The translations under genes and the position numbers were made by a program. A stretch of 24,109 nucleotides of DNA, from positions 1 through 24,109 of the forward strand of contig JBHICG010000053.1 of assembly GCA_046759445.1 (NCBI GenBank), written 5' to 3'. The notes below the pieces were generated by a model, which was not told where the DNA came from, made no database searches, and saw only the letters and a list, made by a program, of their open reading frames with translations. Source of the DNA: Candidatus Scalinduaceae bacterium (GTDB lineage Bacteria > Planctomycetota > Brocadiia > Brocadiales > Scalinduaceae). This document shows positions 1-9,196 of the stretch, one piece after another (within the stretch, counting starts at the first letter, position 1; every line of letters begins with the position of its first letter).

Positions 1-512
1 CCTTCCTTTGTAAACCAGAAAATGAGTAGAATTGAGGCAAGTAAAGAAACTACTGCGTACGTTTCAACTAGGGCGGGCATAATTATAGCTCGACCGACTT
101 CCTCTGGTTTTTTACTTGTTAGATTTATAGCGGCAGCAGAGGCTTCACCTTGATATATCGCACAACGCCATTGCACAATTCCCATGCAAATCCCAACCGC
201 CAGGATTGCCATTCCTACAATTGGTGTAACTGTAATTTCGCCTGCTATTACACCACTCCGCAAAGTTATCATAATTGCGCATATAAAGCCGTAAAAGCCT
301 TGAGTCCCCGGTAGAGCCATAAGTATGAGTAATCTACCGAACAGCTCTGGTTTTTCTGAAAGTACACCTGCAGCCTGTGTAGCAGCTATTTTTATACCCC
401 TTGCAGACCCCAATCCACCAAACATTACTGCAATGATTGCCCCTGTGCATGCCGAGCCAAAGCCTGTCCGGATAAAATAAATATTCATTATTTCTTCTAA
501 TACCTTTTCCAT
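1..512 (-). CDS. ntpK: V/A-type ATP synthase subunit K (c-ring proteolipid, 4-TM NtpK type); 3' end runs off the window
   Basis: Not in the ORF track; translated by hand from ATG at 512: MEKVLEEIMNIYFIRTGFGSACTGAIIAVMFGGLGSARGIKIAATQAAGVLSEKPELFGRLLILMALPGTQGFYGF...AIYQGEASAAAI...IMPALVETYAVVSLLASILLIFWFTKEG. Has the LPGTQGxYG and VETYA motifs, a purine-rich RBS upstream, and follows subunit I. Confidence 0.95.
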   Translation of the reverse strand, partial: MEKVLEEIMNIYFIRTGFGSACTGAIIAVMFGGLGSARGIKIAATQAAGVLSEKPELFGRLLILMALPGTQGFYGFICAIMITLRSGVIAGEITVTPIVGMAILAVGICMGIVQWRCAIYQGEASAAAINLTSKKPEEVGRAIIMPALVETYAVVSLLASILLIFWFTKE

Positions 513-539
513 TGTTTTCTTATCCCCTTCCTTTAATCT

Positions 540-2546
540 TCAATCTAAATTGATTACTTGAATTCTTTTACTGCTAAAACCGTAAGGCCGAAATTTGATT
601 GCAGCCCCTTGATAGAATCTACCGAAGAACTCCAGAAAAATTAACCTCGCAGGATGAACAAACGAACTTATTATACACACAAGAAAGTTAAATGTGTGAC
701 CCAATATCAGAATTAATATAAAGGCACCTATTCCTATTATGTTTATTGATCTTACAATATCTGCTATTATATTGATCGACATAGCAATTATTGACGTAGT
801 AAGTCCAAGCGCTAGCAATCTGGAATATGAAAGGATATCACTTATAAAACTTGTACATCCATAAGTGCCGAGTATCCCATACATACTAACAAAACCTATA
901 AGTATCTTTCCTATCCAGGTCTTTTCATTTCTTCCCTGAGTTAGCACCAATCCGATTGCACTCCCCATAATCATGTATAATCCTGTATTAAAGACCCAGT
1001 TCGGTATCTTTATGAATAAGGGAATAGTGATTATTATTATGCCAGGTAAAAAGATTAACCAGAGCACACAATCAAAGATAGCATTTCCTACATTACCCTT
1101 TCTCAATTCCCCATACATTCTTAACGAGATACCATAAAACTGATTAAGTATTCCAAGCCCTATTGCAAATACCAGTGCAATGATTGGCCTTGCAAGTGGG
1201 TCTATAATCATTAATGAATTTCTTAAAAGCATAAGAAGGTTATTTTCACCTAGATAATTTGCACCGTAAATATCACCTGCCCATCCACCCGTCAAGGCGC
1301 CAATCACGGTAGTACTTATACCGGCATAAAAAAACAGTTTAAAGAAATTTCCAATACCTTCGTAGTTTTTGTATTTACGTATTATATAATATGAGAAGCT
1401 CATTAGCATTAAGCCGTATATTACGTCTCCGAAGCAAATTCCAAAGAAAAGCAAAAATCCCAATGTCAAAAACGGGGTAGGATCAAAGTTAAAATAATTC
1501 GGTAATCCAAACATATTTGTTAATAATTGAACGGGTTTGAAGAACTTGTTCAGTGTAATGGATACTGGAACATTTTCCTTCGGACAGGGGGCATCATAGA
1601 TGGAGGAAATTCCCGGAAACTCATTACTCAAAATTCGTTCCAACCTGTCTACGTCTTTTTCCCTTATGTAACCGGAGATCACTAACATCCTGTTAGATTT
1701 CACAATATTATTCTCAGCACGAGCCTTATCTCTTTGATTTTCCCAATAACTTAGCATAATCTCGACTTCATTATAATATTTGGAAAGTTCAATAACTCTA
1801 TTCTTAAGCTGTATCTGTTTCTCAGTAAGATTTGCTATTTCTTTTTTTAAAAAATCAATTCTTTCCTCTATATCACCAGATATATCCGGAAGTACCATCG
1901 TGGTAATATTATATTTTTCTAGAAGTTTTGTAGCCTTGTCTCTTTCTTTTTTAAGATAAAATATTAGTGTCTTTATTTTTCTGTTATCTGAACCAATAAC
2001 CTGCCAGGTAAGAATTTCGCATGCATCATAATCATTTGATAATTCACTTAATTTAGTATGCGAAAAGATGCCAATCTTAGCTTCAACCTTTTCCATGCCC
2101 TTGAGTTCTTCTATTCTATAAGGCAAATCTAAGAAGAGGGAAAGGTCTTTTAACTCTGATTCTGTATATAAAATTACGGTTGAGAGCGAATGGTATTCGT
2201 CACATATTTGTTTACACTCCCTTAATAGGATATCTATATCGAAAGTAGTGAGGACATTGTTAAATTCTGATTGTCTTGCTAGAAGTGGCAGGGGGAAAAA
2301 ACTTTCGAAAAAGTCTTTCTTTCTTTTTGCGAATAATTCAAATGTTGATCTTATAATGTTGAGTTTATTTATGTTCTCATCAGGTTCATCAGCTTTTGTT
2401 TCAATCCTTTTAATGACTTTTTCATGTTCTTTTGAAAAGGCGTCTATGACGTGTATGACTCGCAATCCATATAGTTTAGCTAGAATTTTCTCTTTAATAC
2501 TTGAGGGCGCTATTACTGTTACTTTTTTAACGCTATCAATAGCCAT
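540..2546 (-). CDS. ntpI: V/A-type ATP synthase subunit I (a)
   Basis: Soluble N-terminal half, then DPTPF...FFGICFGDVIYG and DILSYSRLLALGL (essential Arg) and RLIFLEFFGRFY motifs. Start placed at MAIDS (2546), 1 nt after the stop of the upstream gene; the ORF track start is 2570. Confidence 0.95.
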   Translation of the reverse strand: MAIDSVKKVTVIAPSSIKEKILAKLYGLRVIHVIDAFSKEHEKVIKRIETKADEPDENINKLNIIRSTFELFAKRKKDFFESFFPLPLLARQSEFNNVLTTFDIDILLRECKQICDEYHSLSTVILYTESELKDLSLFLDLPYRIEELKGMEKVEAKIGIFSHTKLSELSNDYDACEILTWQVIGSDNRKIKTLIFYLKKERDKATKLLEKYNITTMVLPDISGDIEERIDFLKKEIANLTEKQIQLKNRVIELSKYYNEVEIMLSYWENQRDKARAENNIVKSNRMLVISGYIREKDVDRLERILSNEFPGISSIYDAPCPKENVPVSITLNKFFKPVQLLTNMFGLPNYFNFDPTPFLTLGFLLFFGICFGDVIYGLMLMSFSYYIIRKYKNYEGIGNFFKLFFYAGISTTVIGALTGGWAGDIYGANYLGENNLLMLLRNSLMIIDPLARPIIALVFAIGLGILNQFYGISLRMYGELRKGNVGNAIFDCVLWLIFLPGIIIITIPLFIKIPNWVFNTGLYMIMGSAIGLVLTQGRNEKTWIGKILIGFVSMYGILGTYGCTSFISDILSYSRLLALGLTTSIIAMSINIIADIVRSINIIGIGAFILILILGHTFNFLVCIISSFVHPARLIFLEFFGRFYQGAAIKFRPYGFSSKRIQVINLD

Positions 2547-2547
2547 A

Positions 2548-2862
2548 TCAAGTCTTACAAATCTCCTCATAAACGAGCATAATCATTCCTTCTAAGACTT
2601 TTGGGTCAATTTGCCTTAATCTTTTCTTGCTTGCTTCAAATTGTTCTTTTAACCTTCCTTCTTCATCTTTCTGTTCTCTTTGTATAGTTGCCTTTAGCAT
2701 ATTAACCTTTTCGTTAAATTCCTTTTCTAAATCTTTAGTAATTTTTTCGATTTCTTTTTCCTTTTCTATTTCCATTTGCCTTATCTTCTTCTTGGCATCA
2801 TAAATAATGTTATTTGCCTCATCTTCAAACTTCAATATTTCTGTCATCAAATTTTCGTTCAT
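2548..2862 (-). CDS. V/A-type ATP synthase peripheral stalk subunit G/H
   Basis: 104-aa charged coiled coil (EILKFEDEANNIIYDAKKK) directly upstream of subunit I, the usual position of this subunit. Confidence 0.8.
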   Translation of the reverse strand: MNENLMTEILKFEDEANNIIYDAKKKIRQMEIEKEKEIEKITKDLEKEFNEKVNMLKATIQREQKDEEGRLKEQFEASKKRLRQIDPKVLEGMIMLVYEEICKT

Positions 2863-2864
2863 AA

Positions 2865-4241
2865 CTATTTCTTTTTTATCTTGCCAAGAATATGTATTAT
2901 AAATGCCTTTATTGTTACTGGAATTAGTCGAATTTGAAATACCGGATTAAAGGCCTGCAGAAAAATCCTTCTATAAGGCGCATCTCCCGTAACCATATTC
3001 CATAACATTTTATTAAGATGATTTGCCATCCACGAACCCTTTCTGTTTGCAACATATGACAAACGTGCCGTTACCAGCCATGCCCTTCTCGTAACAAAAT
3101 CACTAAACCTCACTATTATTGCGCCAAATAGGTTATCCATTGCAAGCAATTTCCTTGCAGGCTTATAATAATACCTATTAAAATCTTCACCAGAGATACC
3201 TTTTTCAAATGCAGTCTGTACCGCTAATTGTGAAGTTATATAAGCTGATTCTAATCCATTCTTGTATATTCTTGCTATACTTGCATCACCCACAATAACA
3301 AATCTATTAGTATATGGCCTTTTTGCATGTGTGAGCGAAATCTTTGGCATGCACATGCAAAATTTATCAGGCATTTTCCAATCGGAAGGCAACCTATCAC
3401 GAATAACGGGATGATTAAGAAAATCAAACAAATTCTCTTTTGATAAATCTTTGCTTCCGACCAAACTTATTGTAACATAATTTCTCTTAGGGACCATTGA
3501 TGCAAATCTGAAAGGTTTTAGTCCAATTGCAAAAACATATATATTATCCTTAAAAGACTCTCTTATGTAAGAGTCACTTAAAGGCATCTCCATTTGAAAT
3601 GTCTTAATTGTCTTAGGTGGTTCATAGCCAAAACCGAGTCTTTTGATTTTATCAACGGTTGTTGAATTTATGCCAAACGCACCGACTACCAGGTCTGCTT
3701 TTATCTCATTCAATGAGCCTCGTCTTCCATACGCCAGTTTTACTGGAGTTCTCGCATCAGAAGGAAGGGTGATATCCTGTACAGGTTCATGGATTACGTC
3801 AGCACCCTGTTCGATTACGTGTCTCAACATAAAATCATCAAAGCTGATATTGCCAGCATGGGTGCTGTGAAAAGGGCCATTGCCCCGATAGACGGCCAGT
3901 ATCTTAATATTTTCATTAGATTCTGGTCTGTGTAACTCAATGCCGTATCCCTTTGACTGAAAATAATAACCTTTTATTTTTTGACGTATAACATATTCAG
4001 GTAATTCAATACCATCTTTTATAAGTTTTCCGTGTAGGGTTCTGGCAATTACGGCGGCGCTCATATTGCACCCCTTCGGGCCACACTGGCTGAAATCCCT
4101 CCCTTCAAAGATTGTTACAGAGATATTCCATCCAAGTTTCTTTGCATGTTTAAGGGCAAAATTTGCAAAAAAACTTCCCGCTGGCCCGCCACCAATTATG
4201 GCAATCCTCGAGCCATCTTTTAAGCAAAGATTCTTTTTCAT
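2865..4241 (-). CDS. FAD-dependent oxidoreductase, geranylgeranyl reductase/FixC-like family
   Basis: N-terminal Rossmann motif IAIIGGGPAG, ADLVVGAFG, and VIVGDAS...YKNGLESA (GD motif); 458 aa. Confidence 0.8.
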   Translation of the reverse strand: MKKNLCLKDGSRIAIIGGGPAGSFFANFALKHAKKLGWNISVTIFEGRDFSQCGPKGCNMSAAVIARTLHGKLIKDGIELPEYVIRQKIKGYYFQSKGYGIELHRPESNENIKILAVYRGNGPFHSTHAGNISFDDFMLRHVIEQGADVIHEPVQDITLPSDARTPVKLAYGRRGSLNEIKADLVVGAFGINSTTVDKIKRLGFGYEPPKTIKTFQMEMPLSDSYIRESFKDNIYVFAIGLKPFRFASMVPKRNYVTISLVGSKDLSKENLFDFLNHPVIRDRLPSDWKMPDKFCMCMPKISLTHAKRPYTNRFVIVGDASIARIYKNGLESAYITSQLAVQTAFEKGISGEDFNRYYYKPARKLLAMDNLFGAIIVRFSDFVTRRAWLVTARLSYVANRKGSWMANHLNKMLWNMVTGDAPYRRIFLQAFNPVFQIRLIPVTIKAFIIHILGKIKKK

Positions 4242-4658
4242 CGCATTTGCTATTATAAGATTTCTAAATTTCTACCTTCTTAAGACATGCTAAATATAAC
4301 AGAACCTTGTTGGGGATTCCACTTATTAATCATTGAAAGATAGAGTAGCAAAAGTACAGGGGAGAACTCTTTACATACCTTTGATTCTCCTTTATGAGAG
4401 ATCAATCTATAGTGAACAATATAATTAAAGTATTATTGCCAACTTAATCAGGAGCCTGACACAGATTGCCACTTTTATGGGAATGGTGAAATGGGTACCT
4501 GTAACTGAATTACAGAATTGATATTTTATTACCACTATACTCACTAGAGCCATTTCTTCATCTTTTATTATGGGAGCTGTTTAGGGTGATAAATAGATTT
4601 GGATGCTTTGCCCTTTTTCACTGATTGTTATATTGATTAATTTTTTATTAATCCACAT

Positions 4659-4687
4659 TTGCTTTTTTTAAGCGCGCATGCTAAGAT
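4659..4687 (+). promoter_or_regulatory. Candidate sigma70 promoter of trxB
   Basis: TTGCTT-17 nt-TAAGAT with an extended -10 TG; RBS GGAGG at 4713-4717. Confidence 0.45.
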
Positions 4688-4723
4688 TTTGCAAAACTTG
4701 ACAAAATTATATGGAGGAAAACA

Positions 4724-5683
4724 ATGTCAGAGAAGTTGGTAATCATTGGGTCTGGTCCCGCCGGATGGACGGCAGCCTTATATGCAGCAAGAGCTAACTT
4801 AAACCCTGTAGTCTACGAGGGAGAACCGTCAAATATTATGGTGCCTGGCGGTCAGCTTATGTACACCACTGAGGTAGAAAATTATCCTGGATTTCCATCT
4901 GGTATACAAGGGACAGAGATGATGGAATTGTTTAAAAAACAAGCAAAAAGATTTGATACTCGAATATATACGGAAGATATTGCTTCTGTTGACTTCAGTT
5001 GTCATCCCTTTCGTTTAAGTTCCTCTGAGGATAAGGAAGTAGAGACCTTAGCTGTTATAATAGCTACTGGGGCAAGGGCAAATTGGCTTGATTTACCAAA
5101 TGAGCAACGGCTTGCACACTCAGGAGGTGGGGTGAGTGCATGTGCGATATGTGATGGCGCACTCCCTGCATACAGGGATAAGGTACTAGCAGTTGTTGGG
5201 GGTGGAGATTCCGCAATAGAAGAGGGTATATACCTAACAAAGTTTGCGAGTAAGGTTATTATAATTCATCGTCGTGACAAACTCAGGGCAAGTCCCATAA
5301 TGCAAGAACGTGCTAAATCGAATCCAAAGATAGAGTTTAAGTGGAATTCTATCGTCATAGACGTTTTGGGAGATAATATAATCTCGGGCATCAGATTACA
5401 GGGTACCGTTACCAAGAAGGAATCAGAATTAAGCTGTGGTGGATTATTTATAGCAATTGGCCATACTCCGAATACGGCATTCCTCAATGGTCAGGTTGAA
5501 ATGGATGAGAAAGGTTTTATCATCACCCACAAGTCATGGAGGACTGTAACGAGTGTGGAGGGTGTTTTTGCGGCCGGCGACGTCATGGATCCCTATTACA
5601 AGCAGGCAGTGTCAGCTGCCGGTACCGGTTGTATGGCAGCACTTGACGCCGAAAGATGGCTTGCCCACAAGGGTTTGGTGTGA
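4724..5683 (+). CDS. trxB: Thioredoxin-disulfide reductase
   Basis: IIGSGPAG, GGQLMYTTEVENYPGF, active-site CAICD, VVGGGDSA, HRRD and FAAGDV motifs. Confidence 0.97.
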   Translation: MSEKLVIIGSGPAGWTAALYAARANLNPVVYEGEPSNIMVPGGQLMYTTEVENYPGFPSGIQGTEMMELFKKQAKRFDTRIYTEDIASVDFSCHPFRLSSSEDKEVETLAVIIATGARANWLDLPNEQRLAHSGGGVSACAICDGALPAYRDKVLAVVGGGDSAIEEGIYLTKFASKVIIIHRRDKLRASPIMQERAKSNPKIEFKWNSIVIDVLGDNIISGIRLQGTVTKKESELSCGGLFIAIGHTPNTAFLNGQVEMDEKGFIITHKSWRTVTSVEGVFAAGDVMDPYYKQAVSAAGTGCMAALDAERWLAHKGLV

Positions 5684-5690
5684 GATTGCA

Positions 5691-5755
5691 ATTGAGGAAT
5701 TAAAAAGATTAGATAATTTAAGAATTGAGGGATTGGGGGATTGGGAAATTATAAG
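5691..5755 (+). repeat. Degenerate ~8-bp tandem repeat array (ATT-N5) upstream of the four-helix-bundle gene
   Basis: Units attgagga/attaaaaag/attagata/atttaaga/attgaggg/attggggg/attgggaa/attataag. Confidence 0.7.
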
Positions 5756-6115
5756 AAGTTTGAAGAGTTACCATGCTGGCAAAAAACCAGAGAATTATGT
5801 CAAGCAGTATCAAAACTAATAAATAAAGCCAAGTTCCAAAAGGATTCAAACCTTAAGGAACAGATATGGAAAGCTGCCGGTTCTGCCATGGATAATATTG
5901 CGGAAGGATTTGATGATGGTTCGTCACGTGAATTTATTCGTTTTTTAGGTTATTCTCAAAGGTCGTGTGGGGAAGTCCAATCGCAGTTATATCGCTCATT
6001 AGATTGCGGTTATATCAATAATCCAGAATTTAATATTGTTTATGATCTTGCGAGTGAATGTAGAAAGCAAATTAAAGGTTTCAGAAAGTATTTAAGAAAT
6101 TACAAAAAAGATTGA
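5741..6115 (+). CDS. Four helix bundle protein (23S rRNA intervening-sequence protein family)
   Basis: FEELPCWQK...LKEQIWKAAGSAMDNIAEGF...EFIRFLGYSQRSCGEVQSQLY matches the family pattern; 124 aa with TTG start. Confidence 0.9.
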   Translation: MGNYKKFEELPCWQKTRELCQAVSKLINKAKFQKDSNLKEQIWKAAGSAMDNIAEGFDDGSSREFIRFLGYSQRSCGEVQSQLYRSLDCGYINNPEFNIVYDLASECRKQIKGFRKYLRNYKKD

Positions 6116-6127
6116 AGGTATAAATAG

Positions 6128-6155
6128 AATCTTCTAAATTCTTAAATCCCTCAAT
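6128..6155 (-). repeat. Inverted copy of the octamer array downstream of the four-helix-bundle gene
   Basis: Reverse complement reads attgaggg/atttaaga/atttagaag/att; two units are identical to upstream units. Confidence 0.7.
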
Positions 6156-6169
6156 CGTAAATTATAATT

Positions 6170-7534
6170 TCAATCCCTATCATAACGCCAGCTTAAGGGA
6201 AGAATCGACTCTATTTGTTCAAGCATGTTTAGACAATCATCCAGGGTTTTTCCAAGAAATAAAAATTGTCCTTTTTGCACGCCACCTTTTTCATCAAGAT
6301 TGAAGTTTACGGGTAAAACACCTTCCTGCATGTTAGGATGATAAAGATAACCAGCTTGATCCAGCATTTTTAGTAAGCTTGTATCTCTCAGTGGTTTTAC
6401 AAACCGTATATTTCGCATTAACCACGCATCACGTGGCAGGAAATGCCGCGCTATAACCGCCGGATAAGTGGCCCCTGTAACACGTGCATTAATTTCACAT
6501 ACCCTGACTTCCACAGCACCCTGACGATCAACAACAAGAAAGTCAATACTTGCCGTGCCTCTGTATCCCTGATCATGAAGCCACGAACCAGCAGCTCTCG
6601 CCTGACGAAGCAGTTCTTCATAAACAAGATCTCCCTTTGAAAAATAAGGTGGAGGAGTAAGATTTCCTTCATGAACGCTATCAGCGCTAAGAATCTGCTC
6701 TGTAATATCATAAAGGGAAACTGCTTTGTCATCCAGAAACAGTTGAACACTGGGTGATCCCAGATAACATATGTTTGTAACTGTATCATCAAGCCAGCCC
6801 TGCACCATACAGGGACCCTCAAAAAAAAAGTGCTCAGGAATAGTGTTTGTATTACAAGAAGTAGTTGACAAATTAATGATACCGATACCAGATGCACCAA
6901 TTTGAGCCTTGACTACCGCTTTTTTATACCCCTTTTTATGGAGCGTGGTAATACAAGCAGGAATATCTTCGGGTGATGATGCCGATATTGTATCAAACAC
7001 AGGAAATCCCATTTCACAAAGATGATTGTGGAGTAGGAATTTGTTATTTCCCCTTTTACTGCCCTCCAGACTGCTTATTGTTGGCTTGTTTAGAGCCTTT
7101 GCAATATTTATGAGTACGTTATCACTTACAAATCCATCAATCCATGTTGCATGATGTTTGTGGATTGAGGTTAATGTTGGACTTATTTCATCATGGCTCA
7201 ATTTATCAACTTGAGTAAGAAGGCTATCGTAAACAGAATGTGGCAAGATTGCAATATTTGGAAGGCTCAAACCGAGATCTTCCTGAAAATACCGTATTAA
7301 GGTTTGATCAGGAGGCCTTTCCAGTACAAGCAGATTTTCGCCTCCTCTGAATATGAGATTAATAATCGGGATGAGCCTTCCTCCGTAGGTTTCTACACCT
7401 CTTATCTGTTGTTTTAGTTTTTCCAATTCACCAAAGTTTTCGTAAAAAATAGAGAGCATGTTGGCAAAGAAGATGACACTTCGATTCCAAAAAGTTGGCA
7501 ATTGGCCTAATGTGTTTTTAATTTCCAGAGACAT
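6170..7534 (-). CDS. ATP-grasp carboxylate-amine ligase (Pgm1/pre-ATP-grasp-like)
   Basis: GNNKFLLH, VVKAQIGASGIG, SPSVQ, ASIDFL and CEINARVTGATY (ExNxR) motifs. Confidence 0.75.
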   Translation of the reverse strand: MSLEIKNTLGQLPTFWNRSVIFFANMLSIFYENFGELEKLKQQIRGVETYGGRLIPIINLIFRGGENLLVLERPPDQTLIRYFQEDLGLSLPNIAILPHSVYDSLLTQVDKLSHDEISPTLTSIHKHHATWIDGFVSDNVLINIAKALNKPTISSLEGSKRGNNKFLLHNHLCEMGFPVFDTISASSPEDIPACITTLHKKGYKKAVVKAQIGASGIGIINLSTTSCNTNTIPEHFFFEGPCMVQGWLDDTVTNICYLGSPSVQLFLDDKAVSLYDITEQILSADSVHEGNLTPPPYFSKGDLVYEELLRQARAAGSWLHDQGYRGTASIDFLVVDRQGAVEVRVCEINARVTGATYPAVIARHFLPRDAWLMRNIRFVKPLRDTSLLKMLDQAGYLYHPNMQEGVLPVNFNLDEKGGVQKGQFLFLGKTLDDCLNMLEQIESILPLSWRYDRD

Positions 7535-7817
7535 ATTTTTTATCCTTGCACTAACAAGATTTAAAAATATTCAGAAGGAATATTATTTGTCTGTTAATTT
7601 AACTGTATAAGATTAAAAAATTAATTATTATCACATATTATAAGAAAATCAAGGATAGAAGTTTATATAAAATCAATATAATCAGAAAATTTATAGCCTG
7701 TGAGAGTTGACTAATTACTTTTTGATAAGTATACTAAATTTAGTTTATCTACATAAATATGACACTTTATATAAAGTATCAGTATATTTTCTATATGTCT
7801 GCAGTAAAAAAGAGTAT

Positions 7818-8360
7818 ATGAATATATCTTACGAGAAGCTTCCGTTAGTTGACCTGACTGCACCAAAGGCATTGACACGTCATGGCAGAAAAATGAACAG
7901 AGCGTCAAAGGCGGTCATTACACAAAACTTTGAGGATGCAGAAACTATTCTTAAGCTTGCGGGTTTGAATATAAATCTGGATTCAGAAAATATAATTGAA
8001 GCCGGAGAAAAATATATGATTGAAACGCAGACTAACAATACAACAGTCCGTCCCTCTGAAAAAACAACTATTGGTATTATGCAAAAAGCCAACCGAAGAC
8101 CTCACTATACACGTCTTTTGGTATTTGATAATAGTCTGATATTTCAAGCAGCCTGTTGCCTGCCCTTAAAGATCGTTGCAGCTAGTCTTGACGGTAATAA
8201 TGTATCGGGGAGGGTTTTGTTCAACAGCCACTCAGAGAGCGGTGGTGGAAAATTGGTCTATGAGTTCATGGAAAAGGGTACAAGGATGGTCGTAGACCTG
8301 AGGCGTGGAGAGAGTACAAGAGCCCAACGTCTTATCTTTAAAGGAATAGGTAATAGGTAG
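7818..8360 (+). CDS. Hypothetical protein (180 aa)
   Basis: Open frame with protein-like composition from ATG 7818. The upstream extension to 7707 is AT-rich and probably non-coding. No family recognised. Confidence 0.7.
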   Translation: MNISYEKLPLVDLTAPKALTRHGRKMNRASKAVITQNFEDAETILKLAGLNINLDSENIIEAGEKYMIETQTNNTTVRPSEKTTIGIMQKANRRPHYTRLLVFDNSLIFQAACCLPLKIVAASLDGNNVSGRVLFNSHSESGGGKLVYEFMEKGTRMVVDLRRGESTRAQRLIFKGIGNR

Positions 8361-8609
8361 ATAATACCATGGTATATAGGGTCTTACCATGAATATTAAA
8401 TTTAGAATCCTACCTACTTTCTTTTTAATATCTTTCTGCATCCAAATTTTTTACTATACGCAGAGCGACTTTAGTTACCGCACTTTGGTTTCCCTCCATA
8501 GCTATAGCCCTCAATCATACGGATTCTCAGTCCTGTCATTATGTTTCTTTTTAGAAATATTGTTTTGATAAACCCTCTCTTAAGAGGTATTTTATTAGGA
8601 TTAAGAATT

Positions 8610-9134
8610 ATGGCACGTTTGCTACAAATAGCACAACTCGGACATCTAATCCTACGCAAAAAGGCAGAAAAAGTTGTAGACATTAGGGATCCTTTAGTCA
8701 ATTCCTTGATCAATGACATGCTCGCAACAGTTGTTGACGTGAATGGAGTGGGGCTTGCTGCACCGCAGGTATATGAGTCATTAAGGGTGTTTGTTGTTGC
8801 GTCTCATCCGAACCTGAGGTATCCCATGGCCCCAGAAATGGAGTCCACTGCAATGATTAATTCAGAAATAATTTGGTCGTCTGATGAAATTGTTAAGGAT
8901 TGGGAGGGATGTTTGAGTATTCCTGGTATCAGAGGATTAGTGCCTAGACCGAAAGCCATCAAAGTCAAATACAGCAAGAGGAACGGGAATTCTGAAGAAG
9001 TAGAATTCTCAGATTTTATAGCAAGGGTATTTCAACACGAATATGACCATCTCGAAGGAATTGTGTTTCTAGACCGTTTAGAAAGTACAAGAGATATTAT
9101 CACGGAAAAGGAGTATCAAAAATTATTTTCTTAA
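8610..9134 (+). CDS. def: Peptide deformylase
   Basis: GVGLAAPQ, EGCLS and QHEYDHLEG motifs; start at MARLLQIAQLG. Confidence 0.97.
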   Translation: MARLLQIAQLGHLILRKKAEKVVDIRDPLVNSLINDMLATVVDVNGVGLAAPQVYESLRVFVVASHPNLRYPMAPEMESTAMINSEIIWSSDEIVKDWEGCLSIPGIRGLVPRPKAIKVKYSKRNGNSEEVEFSDFIARVFQHEYDHLEGIVFLDRLESTRDIITEKEYQKLFS

Positions 9135-9196
9135 GTTAAATATGGTTGATTGGAAAATACGGATGTGGACGTGTTAGAAAGGGTACAGAGAATTTA

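Noticed and set aside
4242..4658. Possible sigma54 promoter or riboswitch in the leader of the V-ATPase operon; also an RBS-ATG-TAA minimal ORF near 4370-4392 (minus strand)
   Set aside because: The TGGCA sites lack a correctly spaced GC at -12, no recognisable aptamer was found, and the start-stop could easily be chance.
5691..5755. Octamer array as a CRISPR or DGR component
   Set aside because: No repeat-spacer structure, no cas genes, and no reverse transcriptase or TR/VR pair in the window.
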